Assembly (NCBI RefSeq): GCF_018350175.1
Contig: NC_058368.1
Span: 140,804,001-140,868,000 of the forward strand
DNA from: Felis catus
Taxonomy: Eukaryota
Reading direction: 5' to 3'
DNA length: 64,000 nucleotides
Numbering within the stretch: the first letter of the stretch is position 1; each line of letters begins with the position of its first letter. The position numbers and the translations under genes are program-made. A model generated the notes under the pieces. That model did not search any database. It saw only the letters and a program-made list of their open reading frames with translations, and was not told the DNA's origin. Of the stretch, positions 1-12,984 are shown piece by piece.

Positions 1-2486
1 GTCCCAGTAAAGATTTTTTTAAATGGTAACACCCAGAGCACGTGGATGGCTCAGTGGGTAGAGCAGGTGACTCTTGATCTCAGGGTCATGAGTTTAAGCC
101 CCATGTTGGGCAGAGAGCTTACTTTAAAAAACAAAACAAAACAGTAACACCCATGCTGGTAAAGATGTGAGGAGATAGACACACTCAGACACTGCTGATG
201 GGACTATAAATTAGTGCTTTGTTTCTGATGGGCACTTTGATAGTAATCATTGAAAGCTTTTCATTCCTTTTGATGTTTATTTTTGAGAGAGAGAGAGAAA
301 CAGAGCTAGAGCATGAGCAGTGGAGGGGCAGAGAGAGAGGGAGACACAGAATCTGAGGCAGGATCCAGGCTCTGAGCTGTCAGCACAGAGCCTGACATAG
401 GGCTCGAATTCATGAACTTGGAGATCATGACTTGAGCCGAAGTCGGACACTTAACCTATTGAGCCACCCAGGAACCCCTAAAAGCTTTTAAAATAAGCAA
501 TTTTTGATGTGTCAAACACACTCCTCTTTAAAAATATTTTTTTCCTAAAAAAAAACCAGTCGGAGACTACAGAAAGAGGTGTATTTATTAAGGTATGTTT
601 ATCTCTATGTTACCTAAAACACAGTAAAAACCTGAAATAATCTGGCTATTCAGCAGGTCAAATAAAGATCTACAAGAAGATGAAATATCCTGTAGTAATT
701 AAAAAAAAATTTTTTAATATTTATTTATTTTTGAGAGAGAGAGAAACAGACAGAGCATGAGCAGGGGAGGGGCAGAGAGAGAGGGAGGCACAGAATTCAA
801 AGCAGGCTCCAGGCTCCGAGCTGTCAGCACAGAACCTGACGCGGGGCTCGAACTCACAAACCGTGAGATCATGACCTGAGCTGAAGTCGGATGCTTAACT
901 GACTGAGCCCCCCAGGGGCCCCTCTGCAGTAATTTTATATGACACTATGGAAGAATATTTAACCAGCTGGGGAAATGTTCACTGTTCTCCAGTGAGGAAA
1001 ACTAAGTAATAAAACAGTTAAGCAATATAATCTCAATCTGATTTTTAAAAAGATAGCTTGAAATAGAAAGCTATCAAACTGTTAAGAGTAGTTTTCTCTG
1101 GGAGCATCTAGGTGGCTCAGTTCGTTGAGTATCCAACTTCGGCTCAGGTCATGATCTCACGGTCCGTGAGTTCGAGCCCCGCATCGGGCTCTGTGCTGAC
1201 AGCTCAGAGCCTGGAGCCTGCTTCAGATTCTGTGTCTCCCTCTCTCTCTGACCCTCCACTGCTCATGCTCTCTGTCTCAAAAATAAATAAACATTAAAAA
1301 AAAATTTGTTTTAAATAAAAAAGAGTAGTTTTCTCTGAATCCTTCCTTCCTCTCTCCCTTCCCTTCTGTTTTCTATTTCCTAGTCTTTTTTATAATAACT
1401 TAATAAGCATGTGTTCCATTTGGAATCACAAAAGAGAAACCTTTCTTTTTTAGATGAGACTCTAAGAATGAACTGCCCAGGAACCATGGCAAGTGGTGGG
1501 TAGGGCTTGTGGTCAAGAAAATAAACAGAGAAGGGGGAACAACTAGTCTATGAGTAACTAAATTGGAAAATGTATTCTGGGATTGAAATGTCTTTTTTTT
1601 TTTTTTTTTGCTACTCATCTAAAGAGGATGTTGTGACTGATTTTACAAGAAAAGTCAGCAAATTGCCTTCTTTGAAATGGGACTGGTGGTTTTCACTTCT
1701 GGTGGTTAAACCAAGTGAGCTCTGCCTCCCTTCCGACACTGGAAGTCTCTGGAGAGGCGCAGGGTGGCAAATTCTGCCTTTGGTACCGCCTGTTGTCCTC
1801 TGGTAAGCCGGGCCACCCCTGCCCCACACTGGGTTTGGGCCCAAAAGGCCTTGCTCTGTATGCTTTCGATTCACGTGAGGTTGTTTACTTCAACTTATAA
1901 ATGAGAGGTGGAGGGGACCTTAGAAGCCCCCTGGTATGAGAGAGAGGAGGCCGCGGGATGCCTCACTCCTCCAGCATAGCTCAGCTTGTCACCAATGGAG
2001 CAGAGGGGTCTGGATGGTAACTGAAGACTGGAATGGTAATGGAGACCATTCAGCTCCCCAGCGATATCCTGGACCCAAGGAAGTCATTTCAAATGATAAT
2101 AATTTCAGACATTAGTGACCAACTGCTGTCTAGGCGTATGATCTTTGGGTTCAAGTTTGTTTGGGTTTTTTTAGATCTTTCTCAGTTTCTGCCATTCAAA
2201 CAGTTGGGGAAATTTTTAAAGGACAGAAGTTGTGGAGAACGTCAAAGAGGCCTGAAAGTGACTGGACGACGCATCCCTGAGAGGAGTGTGATGTCATGGG
2301 AAATACAGCCACAGTCTTACTGTTCTAAAAAGATGATGCTGTGGGGAGCAGGACTGGTACCCTATACTGCATGAAGAGTCAATGATGGCACCTGTACCTG
2401 AGATTACTTAATGAAATAGGCACGTGATGAGGGTGAGGAGTGGAAACTGTCATTATGCTACATGGTGATTAAAAAGATGGGAACAG

Positions 2487-2734
2487 GGGCGCCTGGGTGG
2501 CTCAGTCGGTTGAGCGTCCGACTCAGCTCAGGTCATGATCTCACAGTTTGTGAGTTCGAGTCCCGCATCAGGCTCTGTGCTGACAGCTTGCTCAGAGCCT
2601 GCAGCCTGCTTCAGATTCTGTGTCTCCTTCTCTCTCTCTGCCTCTCCCCTGCTCATGCTCAGTCTCTCTCTGTCTCTCAAAAATAAATAAATGTTAAAAA
2701 AAAATTTTTTTTTTAAATTAAAAAATAAATAAAT
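2487..2734 (+). mobile_element. Full-length SINEC with TSD
   Basis: SINE body flanked by AAAAAGATGGGAACAG at about 2471-2486 and 2735-2750. Confidence 0.9.
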
Positions 2735-4193
2735 AAAAAGATGGGAACAGTTGATTGGCGGGGCTGGGTTGCTCACTTAGGCGGGAGTTCATCCCTCTTC
2801 TCTTCCCATTTTCCTTTGCTTACTTCGTCCGTCTACAACTCCAACCAGATTTATTCTTTTCTTTTGGTCCCAGAAAGGCCCTCCCTCCCTCCCACCCCCA
2901 TCTCAGTGTTACAAAAATAGGATTGAGAATGGATGGTTCAGTCTTCAGCGGCCTCGCCGCTGAAAAAGTTCAGAGTCTTTTTCACAGGAAACACAAGTCC
3001 TTCACAGATGAGTCCTGGCTACCTTTTTAGCTTTATCGCTAACCACTTTCCTTCACATACACCGGTTTCCCACCACAGTGTTCCCCAAACCCGCCACATT
3101 TTCATTATACCTGGAATAACAGAGATTGTTAGCGGTCTGCTGAGCTCCTTTTCTCTTCCTTCGGGGCACACAGCCTTCTTTTGCAGTGGGCTGTGGCTAC
3201 ATGACTGAATTCTGGTCGGCGGAATATAGTAACAATGATTGTGCACCACTTTCAGAGCAGGGCTGTGGAAACCTTATGCGCACACCCTTCACATTTCCTT
3301 CTGTAGTGACGTTGGAAACCTTCAACTGAAGATGACAGAGTCCCAAGGAGGGACAAGTCCAGCTCATTTATCCCCACTTGGAAGAGAGGTTCCCACCAAA
3401 CTTAGCCTCGGATTTGGCTTTAAGTAAGAAATAAACATCTATTGCAGGGCATCACTAAAATTCAGAGATTTATTATCTACTATAGGAGCTGGGCTTATCT
3501 TAAATACTACTTGGTGAACTCTTCATGCTTCAAGGCCCTCTTCAGATGCCCCCTCTTTTAAAAAGCCTCTTCGGATTTCCCCAGGGAGGAGTCATTCTTT
3601 CTGTGATTCAACCATGCATCACTTACCGCTACTCCCACCCCCAATGCTTGACTTAATTATGCATCTCTCTTCACACTGGACCATCAGCTCAACAGAAGCA
3701 GAGATACTGACCTTTGCAATTCTCAATTTTAGCAAAATGATAGTAGGTGTACAGCATATGAAAATTCACTCATTCAGAAGTATATGTCGAGTCTCTTCTG
3801 TATGCTAGACCCTATTCTGGCACTGGGAACACAGCAGTAGACAAAACAGATAAAAATCCCTGTCCTCTACATTTTAAAGGTTAGACATTTGCCTCCCTGT
3901 ATTCTAAGGAGTGCTTTAAACTGGGACTGAAACAATTATTTGACATTATAGACGTGTGTGTAAGAGGCACCTGCCAAGTCCAGGTGATGTTACTTCCTAA
4001 ATCTTAAACAATTCCACAAGCTAAAATGTAAAAACAAAACAAAACAAAACAAAAAACCTCTGTAGTCACAGAGCTTGCATTGCAGTGGGGGAACTAGATA
4101 GTAAGTAAATACATGTAGATTATCAATACTGGTGATATATGCTATAGAGGTAAAGTAGGAGAGGAGGATGGGGAGTATAGGGTGGGAGTTTGA

Positions 4194-4248
4194 TTTCACT
4201 TCATTTCATTTCATTTCATTTCATTTCATTTCATTTCATTTCATTTCA
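4194..4248. repeat. (TTTCA)n microsatellite in a SINE tail
   Basis: About 11 tandem pentamer units. Confidence 0.95.
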
Positions 4249-4806
4249 TGTTTATCCATTTATTTTGAAAGAGAGTACGTGAGCAGGGTAGGAGCAGAGA
4301 GAGAGGGGGAGAGAGAGAATCCTCATGGGAGGCTCAGTCTCATGAACCGTGAAATCATGACCTGAGTGGAAATCAAGAGTCAGACGCTTAATTGACTAAG
4401 CCACCCAGGCACCCGGAGTATAATTTTATTTTATTTATTTATTTTTTCAAGTTTATTTACTTATTTTGAGAGACAGAGTGTGAATAAGGGAGGATCGGGG
4501 TTGGGGGGAGGAGAGAATCCCAAGCACAGTGTCAGTGCAGAGCCCGATGTAGGGCTCTCTGGAAACCACACAACTGTGAGACCATGACCTGAGCCAAAAT
4601 CAAGAGTCTGACGCTTAACGAACTCAGCCACCCAGGTGCCCCCAAGGAGTATAATTTTAAATAAGGAGTTCTTAGAAGGCCCCACTGAGTAGAGTTGTAG
4701 CAAATACCTGAAAGAAGTAAGGACTGAAGCTATGTAGGTGTTTGAGGGAAAAGTATTCCAGGCACGGCTGGAGCAGAATGAGCAAGGGAAATAAAAGAGA
4801 TGAAGT

Positions 4807-4812
<6 letters not shown>

Positions 4813-4858
<46 letters not shown>
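4813..4858. repeat. (GT)n microsatellite
   Basis: About 23 perfect units. Confidence 0.97.
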
Positions 4859-4860
<2 letters not shown>

Positions 4861-7800
4861 GGGGGAGGAAAGCAGGATGTATACACTTTTGACAGACTTT
4901 GGTTTGTACTCAGAGGGAAGTGGGGAGCTACTTCAGTATTTTAAATAAGGAAGTGATCTGATCTGATGCACATTTGAACAGGTTCACTCTGACCACTATA
5001 TTGAGAGAGGACTGTGTGGAGGGTTGGAGACAAAAAGAGGGCGACGAGTTACAAGGCTATTGTAATAATCTAAGTAACAAAATAACTTGAATGCAATTTT
5101 GGATGTATTTTCAAGGTATGATTTGTTGACAGATCAGATGTGGAACATGAGAAAGAAGTCAAGGACGACTCCAACATTTTTGATCTGAGCAACTGAAAGA
5201 ATGGAGTTGCAATTTAAGGAGATGAAAAAACTCTAACAGGGGCAAGGTAGATGTGGAATTTAGATTGGGACTTATGCCTGCCTGATATATCTGTAGTCAC
5301 ATTAAAGTGGAGGTGTTGAGTAGCTGGAGGCATATGTTATGTGTGTGGAATGGAGAAAACTGGGCTAGAATTACAGATGTGGGAGTGGTCGGCATAGAGA
5401 TGGTATTTAAAACCACAGGACTGGATTAGATCACCAAAGGAAATGAGTGTATATTGAAAAGAAGCCCAAGGACAAAATCAGGGGCACTCCAGAGTGCAGA
5501 ATTCAGGAAGGTGAGAATCAAAGAACCAACTCCTTAGGAGTTGCCAGTGAGTAGGAGGAGAATCAAGACAAGAGTGGTCCTGGAGGCCAAGTGAATATAG
5601 CATTCAAGGAGAGAGAACTCAACTGAGTCAAATTTCACAGTTAGGTTAAGTAATGTGAATACACATTTGAGCAAAGGATTCACCACGTGAAGGTCACTGC
5701 TAGCCTTGTCTAGAGTGTTTGCTGAATGAAGGAGTGAATGAATGGGACTTTTTTTGCCACTTATATATTTAAATTTTTTAAAAATATTTACTTATCTTTG
5801 AGAGAGTGCTAGTGTGGAGGGGAGGGGCAAAGAGAGGGGGACAGAGGATCTGAAGCCAGTTCCGTGCTGACAGCAGAGAGGCAGATGCAGTGCTCACTCG
5901 AACTCACATGTGAGATCACGACCTGAGCCGAAGTCGGACGCTTAACCGACTGAGCCACCCAGGCGTCCCTCACCATTTATATTTGGCCAGGACCCAAGAG
6001 GGCAAGGACTAGATCTTTGCTTCTCCAGGAAGAGTTTGATGAGTTTGATAAGTGATTGTAGAACTGACTGAATGAAAATGGTTTCTCCCTCAATGTCCCT
6101 CAATATCCCGTTTCCTACTTTATTTTCCTTAGAATTGTAGTGTGTGGGAAACTGCACACAGTTCCCAATCTTTGGCAGCCAGTCTATCTGGAACTGGCTG
6201 TGCCTATCATCTCTGTACTCTTCCACAGCACCATACTACACCCTAAGCCCTTCAGGGCAAAGAAGTCATCAACATCAAAAAACAAATCACAGGAGGGCAC
6301 CTGGCCTGGGTGGCTCAGTCGGTGGAGCATCCAGCTGGGGTTGTTATCCTGGAGTCATGAGACACTTAACTGACTGAGCCACCCCGGCGCCCCAATCCTC
6401 AGGAACCTTGAAACTAAAAAAGTATTAACTCCATTTTATAGGTAAGGAACCTAAAGCTTAAAGAGGGTAAGTTATTTTTCTCTAACGACACACCAATGTT
6501 AGCAAGGGGAGAAACTGGAATGTGTCCACAGAGTTACATGATTTCAAGGTTAAGCTTTTTGCACATTCCCCAAAGAACTGGAGACAACAATGTGAGATTC
6601 CTTAGAGATGCGCTGCTGAAAGGCAGTCATTACAAAGAATTCTGGACAGCTTTCCCTGGCCATTCTTGGCTCTGTGTGTGTTGAGGGGCAGTCCAGTCTG
6701 TTTCTGTTATTCAGGGACCAATTATTCCATTCTCATGGCATGTTCAGGACCATTTGCTTCTCTTCGTTTTCAACCATTTATTTTCCTACTCCTACAAGAT
6801 CCTCTGCCAGGACAGAGGGAAGAGGCAGAAAGCTAACCATCCATGTAGGTAACTTTGGGGAAATGTTGTATTGGGGATATGCTTGAGACAACTGGCTAAG
6901 ATGACATTTTACACAATTTTGTCTGCCTGAATGATCTGGAATCCACATTAGTTCTGTTAATTGGCCCCATGGTGGGTTCAGTTAGAGGCTGCACAGGGCC
7001 CTGATCATTTATAAGCTCCATCCTAGAAACTCACAGGTCTGTGGCCATTTGGTTCATGGTTCTTGAAAAATTCATAATAATCACCGACAACTGATTCATC
7101 AGACTTTATTTAGTCTTCTAAGGAGAAAGGATTCTCGGGGCTCAAACCCCTCAAGAGGCTATGTGGACTCACCTAATCTGGCCCCTCAGCCTAGGAGGGA
7201 ACTCCGCACTCCAGCATACTCCACTCATGGCCTGGTCCTTTGGTGCAAGTCAGGCAGTGATGTGGCCCTTAACCTCAGCAGGAGGCTCTCAGGACGGTAC
7301 CAGCGGGACTTGTTAGAAATCTTTCTATATTGAGCCAAAACCAGCCTCCCACTGGAGCTACTCAAAACCTGTCTAAGCCTCTTCTATGAGCTAATCCTTC
7401 AAACATCTGAGGACAACACTAATGTTTCTCTTTTCTGCTCCTCCATTACCCGAAAGTTTAGCTGGTAGCTTTAAACTTTATTTTACCTTTTCAAAGCAAG
7501 TAAAAAATATAAGAAAGTATTACCAGTATGATGCTGGCCCTTGTGCACCCATCCCCAAAGTCTCACTCCTTTTCTCCCCACCCCCTCTATCAGCTTTTTT
7601 ATTTCTTTGGACTACTAGCTCCCAATGCAGGGGAGACTCTGATGTGGCATTTACAGTGCAGTGATTAATGGAAAGTGGCGGTGGTAGACTGGAGATTAAA
7701 TGTGGCGTGCGTTTACAAACTGTACCTATAAACTGCGTACTTGTGGGCAATTTATCCAGCCTTTCTAAACTCCATTTCCTCAGCTGTAAAATGGGAATAA

Positions 7801-8239
7801 TAAACATACTTAATGCGCAGCTTGTTGTCGGGGTTAAATTAGATAATGTTCCAAATCGTTAGCTCTAGGCACTAAAGCAGCTCTTCCAACTATCACCTCA
7901 CAGACGAGAAAATGGGCCTAGAAGGGCGTGAAGAGGTTTTTTTCGAGGTCACAGCTAGTTAACAGCAGAGCCGGAAACCCAATTCCAGATCCCTGACCCT
8001 CTGGCGGGACCCCTTCCTGCTCCCCACCGCTTTGTTGGTGACCGAAGCCATCCATGTTGTCTCTGCAGATTAAAAACTCACCCCTTATCCCTTAGTGCCC
8101 GCTACGCTGAGAAGCTTCTACCAATAACTGACGACAAAGTCAGAGACCTCAGACCGTGGCTTTTTTCCATTTAGCAAAGGGGAGGGAAGGAGACCGGACC
8201 CTGGCTCCCCAGGAGTAATTAAAGGGTAATGGTAGTTTT

Positions 8240-9720
8240 AGGCGTGGCCAGGTCTAAAAGAACTCGAGGTCCGAGCGTTCCGGACTTTGCATTCCAATAC
8301 AGCTACTTCACCCTCCCAGCCCCGCCCGCGGGCGGCTCCCGCACCCTCCCCAACAGCAGCTCTCGCACCTGCAGCGCGTAGGTGGGCGCCCGGGCTCCTG
8401 GCAAGACTGCGTGGGGCCTGACCCGCGCGTCGGACGTCCGAAGGGGCGGGGCCGAGCCCCGCGTTCCGGCCCCGGGGCGGGGCCTCGCGCAGGTGCGCGG
8501 AGACGCTCGGGTTTCACTGAAACTCATCCGTCTCCGGGGAGGCGAGCTCAGAGGCTTGGATTCGGGCAGGTGAGACGGTGGCTTTCTCTTGGAGCGGCGA
8601 GTGGGACTCCGAATTTCGAATCATTGGCGGCGAATGCCCTGCCCGCCTGGCGTCGGGGCTGCAGGAAGGATGCGAAGCCTGAGCTCGGTGTGGCTGCTGG
8701 GGGGCGCCATCCTGCTGGCGGCCTCTGCTTCCTGCAATCGCACCGTCCAAGGTGAGAAACTTGGTCAAGGAGGGCTCCTGCAGCTAAAGAGCCAGGGATC
8801 CCAGGCACATGCACTGGTGGTGGAAGCTGGGCAGGTGCACGAAAGGTGTTCTCTTGCCGCCGCGGCCACCACCTCTCGCACCCCCTCTCGGAGGCTTTAG
8901 TGGGGATCGCTGCGCCGGAGAGCAATGGGCTGGAACAACTGGGAGAGGCTGAAGTCCGCGGAGGAAGAGGAGGGAACGGAGTGCTTGCGTCTAAAGGGTA
9001 CCTAGAGGGCTCAGCTTCCCCTCCCCAGGGTTGGCTTCTTTGTAAACATTCAGTCATTAAGGCGCTTTTCGCACACCGGTGGCAGGACCTCTTAGACTTA
9101 GTTGGCTCATAGCGGTGTGGAATGGGTGAGAGCCCGAGGCCTGGGAAACTTCTTCCTCGCTTTTTGTGACCTCCTCAACTTTCGGAGCCCCCTCTTTGGG
9201 GTCGGCTCCCGTAGTTCGAAACCGTCCTGGGGTCCGAAGCTCCTCTGGCACGGTGGATGGCCCGCGTATGGAAGGGCCGGACCCCGCTGGGTTTTCGGGG
9301 TATTGAGCGCTCAGCCTGGAGTTTTAGGCCAGTTGGGCGTCACGCGGATTTTACAAATGGAACTTCTTGGACCCTGCCATTTATTCGACTAGGTGACCTT
9401 ACTGCGGCCCTGGGTTTCCGGGCCTTTATATGCCACACGGAACCTATTTGGGCCGCCATTGAGGTCTGTGTGACCCAGGCTGCCCGCTCCGGGAATGGAA
9501 CAGCACGGGAGCCGTCCCGGCGGTGCTCAGGTGCCAGCTTGTGCAGGGCTGCCGGGTTCCGCAGGTGTCCTGCACCGGGTGTGCTCCAACTTGTCCTCCT
9601 GGGGGCGGGATCTCCCCTGATGAGCAGGCTTCTGAGGGTGTGGGGGATAGTTGGCCAAAGATAAAGCTGCTGTGATGCTAACGGGTGCCCGGCTGTTTGT
9701 GGCTGTCCGGGTAGTCTCAA
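8240..9720. promoter_or_regulatory. F2RL1: CpG island / TATA-less promoter of F2RL1, spanning exon 1 and the start of intron 1
   Basis: Abrupt GC- and CpG-rich segment in an otherwise CpG-poor window. Two perfect GC boxes GGGGCGGGGC (8443-8452, 8474-8483), a TEAD/MCAT-type GCATTCCA (8289-8296), no TATA box seen. Boundaries approximate. Confidence 0.85.
8670..8751 (+). CDS. F2RL1: Proteinase-activated receptor 2 (PAR2), coding exon 1 (signal peptide)
   Basis: ATG at 8670 (aggATGc) encodes MRSLSSVWLLGGAILLAASASCNRTVQ plus one nt, then donor AAG|GTGAGA at 8751/8752. The 82-nt phase-1 exon joins in frame to exon 2 and resembles known PAR2 signal peptides. Confidence 0.95.
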
Positions 9721-12097
9721 AAGGGAGGTTTAAATTTCCCCGTGAATTTTGTAAAGGCGCAAATCACTGTCAACTTGAATTAGATTGAAGAATGTGATTC
9801 TTTTGCCTCTGGAATTACAGAAAAGGGTGTTCTAGTATATACTTGAAACTTGCACCACTGTATAACTTTTTTGGGCACCATTACAATAAAGGCATTTATT
9901 AATTACCAGGAGGTGTTGAAACTGTAATGAACACGTTTCGATTTGCCTTTGTCTTTTAAACTTGGAAACTTAAGTAAAGCTAAGTATGTGCAAACATTAA
10001 GAAAAAAAATGTAGGTATAGATGACCCATAGCTTTTCTGATTTATACAGTTCCTGTAGGGAGGTAGCCCTGAGGATTTAGCTGGTCCTTGTTTACAGATT
10101 GAGGGAGCTGGCTGGGAGGTGGGCATTCTTGGACAATGTGGTGAACTTGTTTAACAACAACAACAAAATCAAGTTACTTGTTAACCAGAAGTATTTAACA
10201 TTGCACCTTGAGGGGTTTTGTTTTGTTTTTTCCCCCTCCACATACTTTTTTGTTCCTTTGCATGGTAACTTTCCTAAAGGGTTAGTTAGGTAACAGACTT
10301 AGGTAGATGGAGCTTTCCTCCCAACTTGAAAGTATATTGAATTTGATTAAGAAATAGAGCATCCCCAAAGTTTTTCTGCCCCTTAGCATACCTCTTTGCT
10401 CATCCACTTTTACCTTTACCCTTGTGCATGTTTCTCAGTTTGCTACCAGGCAGATATTTGGTTTGATTTTCTTCCCAGGCTTTTTTGATCTCACCCTAAA
10501 GACTGACTCATGGAGGGCAACTCTGCCTAGAATATACCTTTCTCATTTTACAGATGGGGGCCACTGAATTGGGGGTGGAGGCAAGGAAAACACTCTGTCA
10601 GGCCACATTCGCATTCCAGTCACAACATTAATTGATAATTATTTGTGTAAATATGTTTAATCTGTCTTCCTCCTGGATCATAAACTCTGGGAGGCCATGG
10701 ACTCTAGTGTCCTCTCCATCACCATGGTCCAGCACGGTCTCATTATCTAAAGGACCTCAGTAAATATTGAATGAGGAATGAAGTGAGGGGACTTGGCCCT
10801 AGTGATCTGGCAAGGTGATGGAAGTTTTGCGTTTCAGCCAGCTTGTTTTAAGCTCTTCTTTCTACCACATCACAAGCCTAGGAGGTCCCCTATGATTCAG
10901 TGATTCTGTTCTTCTTTTGGAGACTGAAACTTCTGTTCTCTTTGTAATTGACTACGAATTATACAAGTAGTATGTCATCACTGTAGAGCAATAATGAACA
11001 AAATTTTCTTTGAAAAAGACAAGTTTAATTACATCATTTTCAGTACCCAAAGTATACCACTTCTGACATTTTTTAAAATGTTTTTTTAAATAATTTTTTT
11101 AATGTTTTATTTATTTTTGAGAGAGAGAGAGACACACACACAGAGTAGAGCAGGGGAGGGGCAGAGAGTAAGGGAGACACAGAATCCGAAGCAGGCTCCA
11201 GGCTCTGAGCTGTCAGTGCAGAGCTGGACGCGGGGCTCAAACTCGTGAACTGAGAGATCATGACCTAAGCTGACGTCGGACACTTAACGGACTGAGCCAC
11301 CCAGGCACCCCCACTCCTGACATTTTGTTTGTATCCTTTCCCATTCTTTATACATCCTTGCATAAAACATGTACTCACAAGCAGAAAGTCTTTCTGTACA
11401 GCATGGGATTATATAAACGTCAGTATCATGTCAGTAAATAAAAACACTTTTAAACTCTACAACATGTTATAAGAGGATTTATCATAATTGAAAAATTAAT
11501 CTGTTAATGGACACATGGCGTATTTCCAATGTTTCGTAATGAGAGAGAATACTATAATGAATGTGAAGATGGGACTCGAAATTTCTGTTTGGTTTCTTGC
11601 CTGCTTTGTGCATAGTTACTAATTAACCCAAGTAGATGATGTTTTAGTGCTCTGTGTTTGACTTTCTTATGGTTTTATTAGCCGGGCAAGTGTTGAGAAG
11701 AAAACAGTTCATCCTGAAAGAACACATGAAAATTTACTGATGTGTACCTAGGGAGAGGTCTCTGGTCATTGAAGCTTTTATTTTTTAGCCTGTGTTCCCA
11801 GATATTGGAAGCAAATAGATTTGTGGTGAGGAGATAGTAAGGAAAAGGTTACAAAAGGATACTTCCCACAAATAAAGTACTTGATCTGTACTTGGTTTGG
11901 TGGGGAGGGTGGGCCACTGGAGGATGCTTAAAATAACAAAGAACAAGTAATAGTTTTAAAGTTAAAGTCGTTAAAAGTTTAAAGAAAAAGTTTTCCATGC
12001 ATTTCCCCCACAATTGTCTAAATCAGAAGTGTTTTAAAACAGCGAAAATCCCCCATTCTTTCTCCTCTCCAGTGTCAGTGGACTTCTATGCCCAATA

Positions 12098-12795
12098 CAG
12101 TAAAACCTTGCTTTGGGAGCCTAATTCGTTCCGGAAACATGTTTGTAATCCCAAGTACTTGTCTATCAAAGCAAATTTCCCTGTAAGAAATCATGAAAAC
12201 TCAGGTTATTCATTCCACAACCCCAAAAGATTCATATAAAAATTGTGACAGTACTGTATTGTATTATAATAAATACTGTATTATAATAAAAAATAATAAA
12301 TCCAAAATATAAAGAAAAATAAACAAATTAACCTGCACTTATCTTTGAAAACCTTTGTGGCTGGTGTGAGGAAGATGAGAAAGGAGGGTTTTGTGTAGGA
12401 CAACTTTGTCACTAACGGAATCACTGCTATCTCTTGGCTCAATGGAATCTTTTTCTGCATGGGGGCCACTGTATATGCTCACACGGGTGTTGACTATAGT
12501 ACAATATTAATAAACTCTTGCCGTATACTGTATTTAATGTAACTGGCAATAGGTCAGCAGAGGAAAGGGTCTGTATCTGTGGGCAGCCTGACCTACAATG
12601 AAGCAAAGCATCCCTAAGCTTACTCTTGTTTGCAAAAGCAAAGGACTGTCAGTAGGTGCTTTGAAGTGACAAAAAGTACACTAATGCCAGTCGTGGGCAC
12701 CTACCACTGTTCTGAAAAATAACTGATTTTTGCCAAACACCGCAGCCTGAGACCAAGCATCTGAGCATGGGAGACAATCACCCACAATCCCACAT

Positions 12796-12840
<45 letters not shown>

Positions 12841-12984
12841 CTTAGTTGTGATCATGTGATGTTCAACATCACATACTGCTCACATGTATTATCACTCATT
12901 TATGAACTTAAAATTTATCAGAAATGTTTGCTTGTCTGGCAGAACACTCAAATAACAAGTTACTTGCAATCCAAGGTTTTACTG
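12098..12984. mobile_element. Non-autonomous Tc1/mariner-superfamily (pogo/Tigger-like) DNA transposon in F2RL1 intron 1
   Basis: Terminal inverted repeats CAGTAAAACCTTG (12098-12110) and CAAGGTTTTACTG (12972-12984), perfect over 13 bp and imperfect to about 22 bp. TA on both sides (12096-12097, 12985-12986). 887 bp, no transposase ORF. Confidence 0.88.
12799..12838. repeat. (GA)n microsatellite inside the Tigger-like element
   Basis: About 20 units. Confidence 0.95.

Larger units (their letters stand above)
3765..5745 (-). mobile_element. LINE-2 remnant interrupted by SINEs and microsatellites
   Basis: Starts with the typical L2 3' end in reverse (TTCACTCATTCA...GGCACTGGGAACACAGCAGT...ATCCCTGTCCTC) and continues with degenerate purine-rich L2-like sequence. 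Family assigned by recognition only. Confidence 0.7.

Noticed and set aside
2033..2374. 113-aa ATG-initiated ORF in apparently unique sequence
   Set aside because: No recognisable family, pseudogene hallmarks or exon signals; the length is compatible with chance.
8303..9720. Overlapping long ORFs on both strands around exon 1 (e.g. 8548-9057 minus, 169 aa; 9257-9664 plus)
   Set aside because: Expected from stop-codon scarcity in a GC-rich island, with no recognisable domains. Only 8670-8751 is supported.
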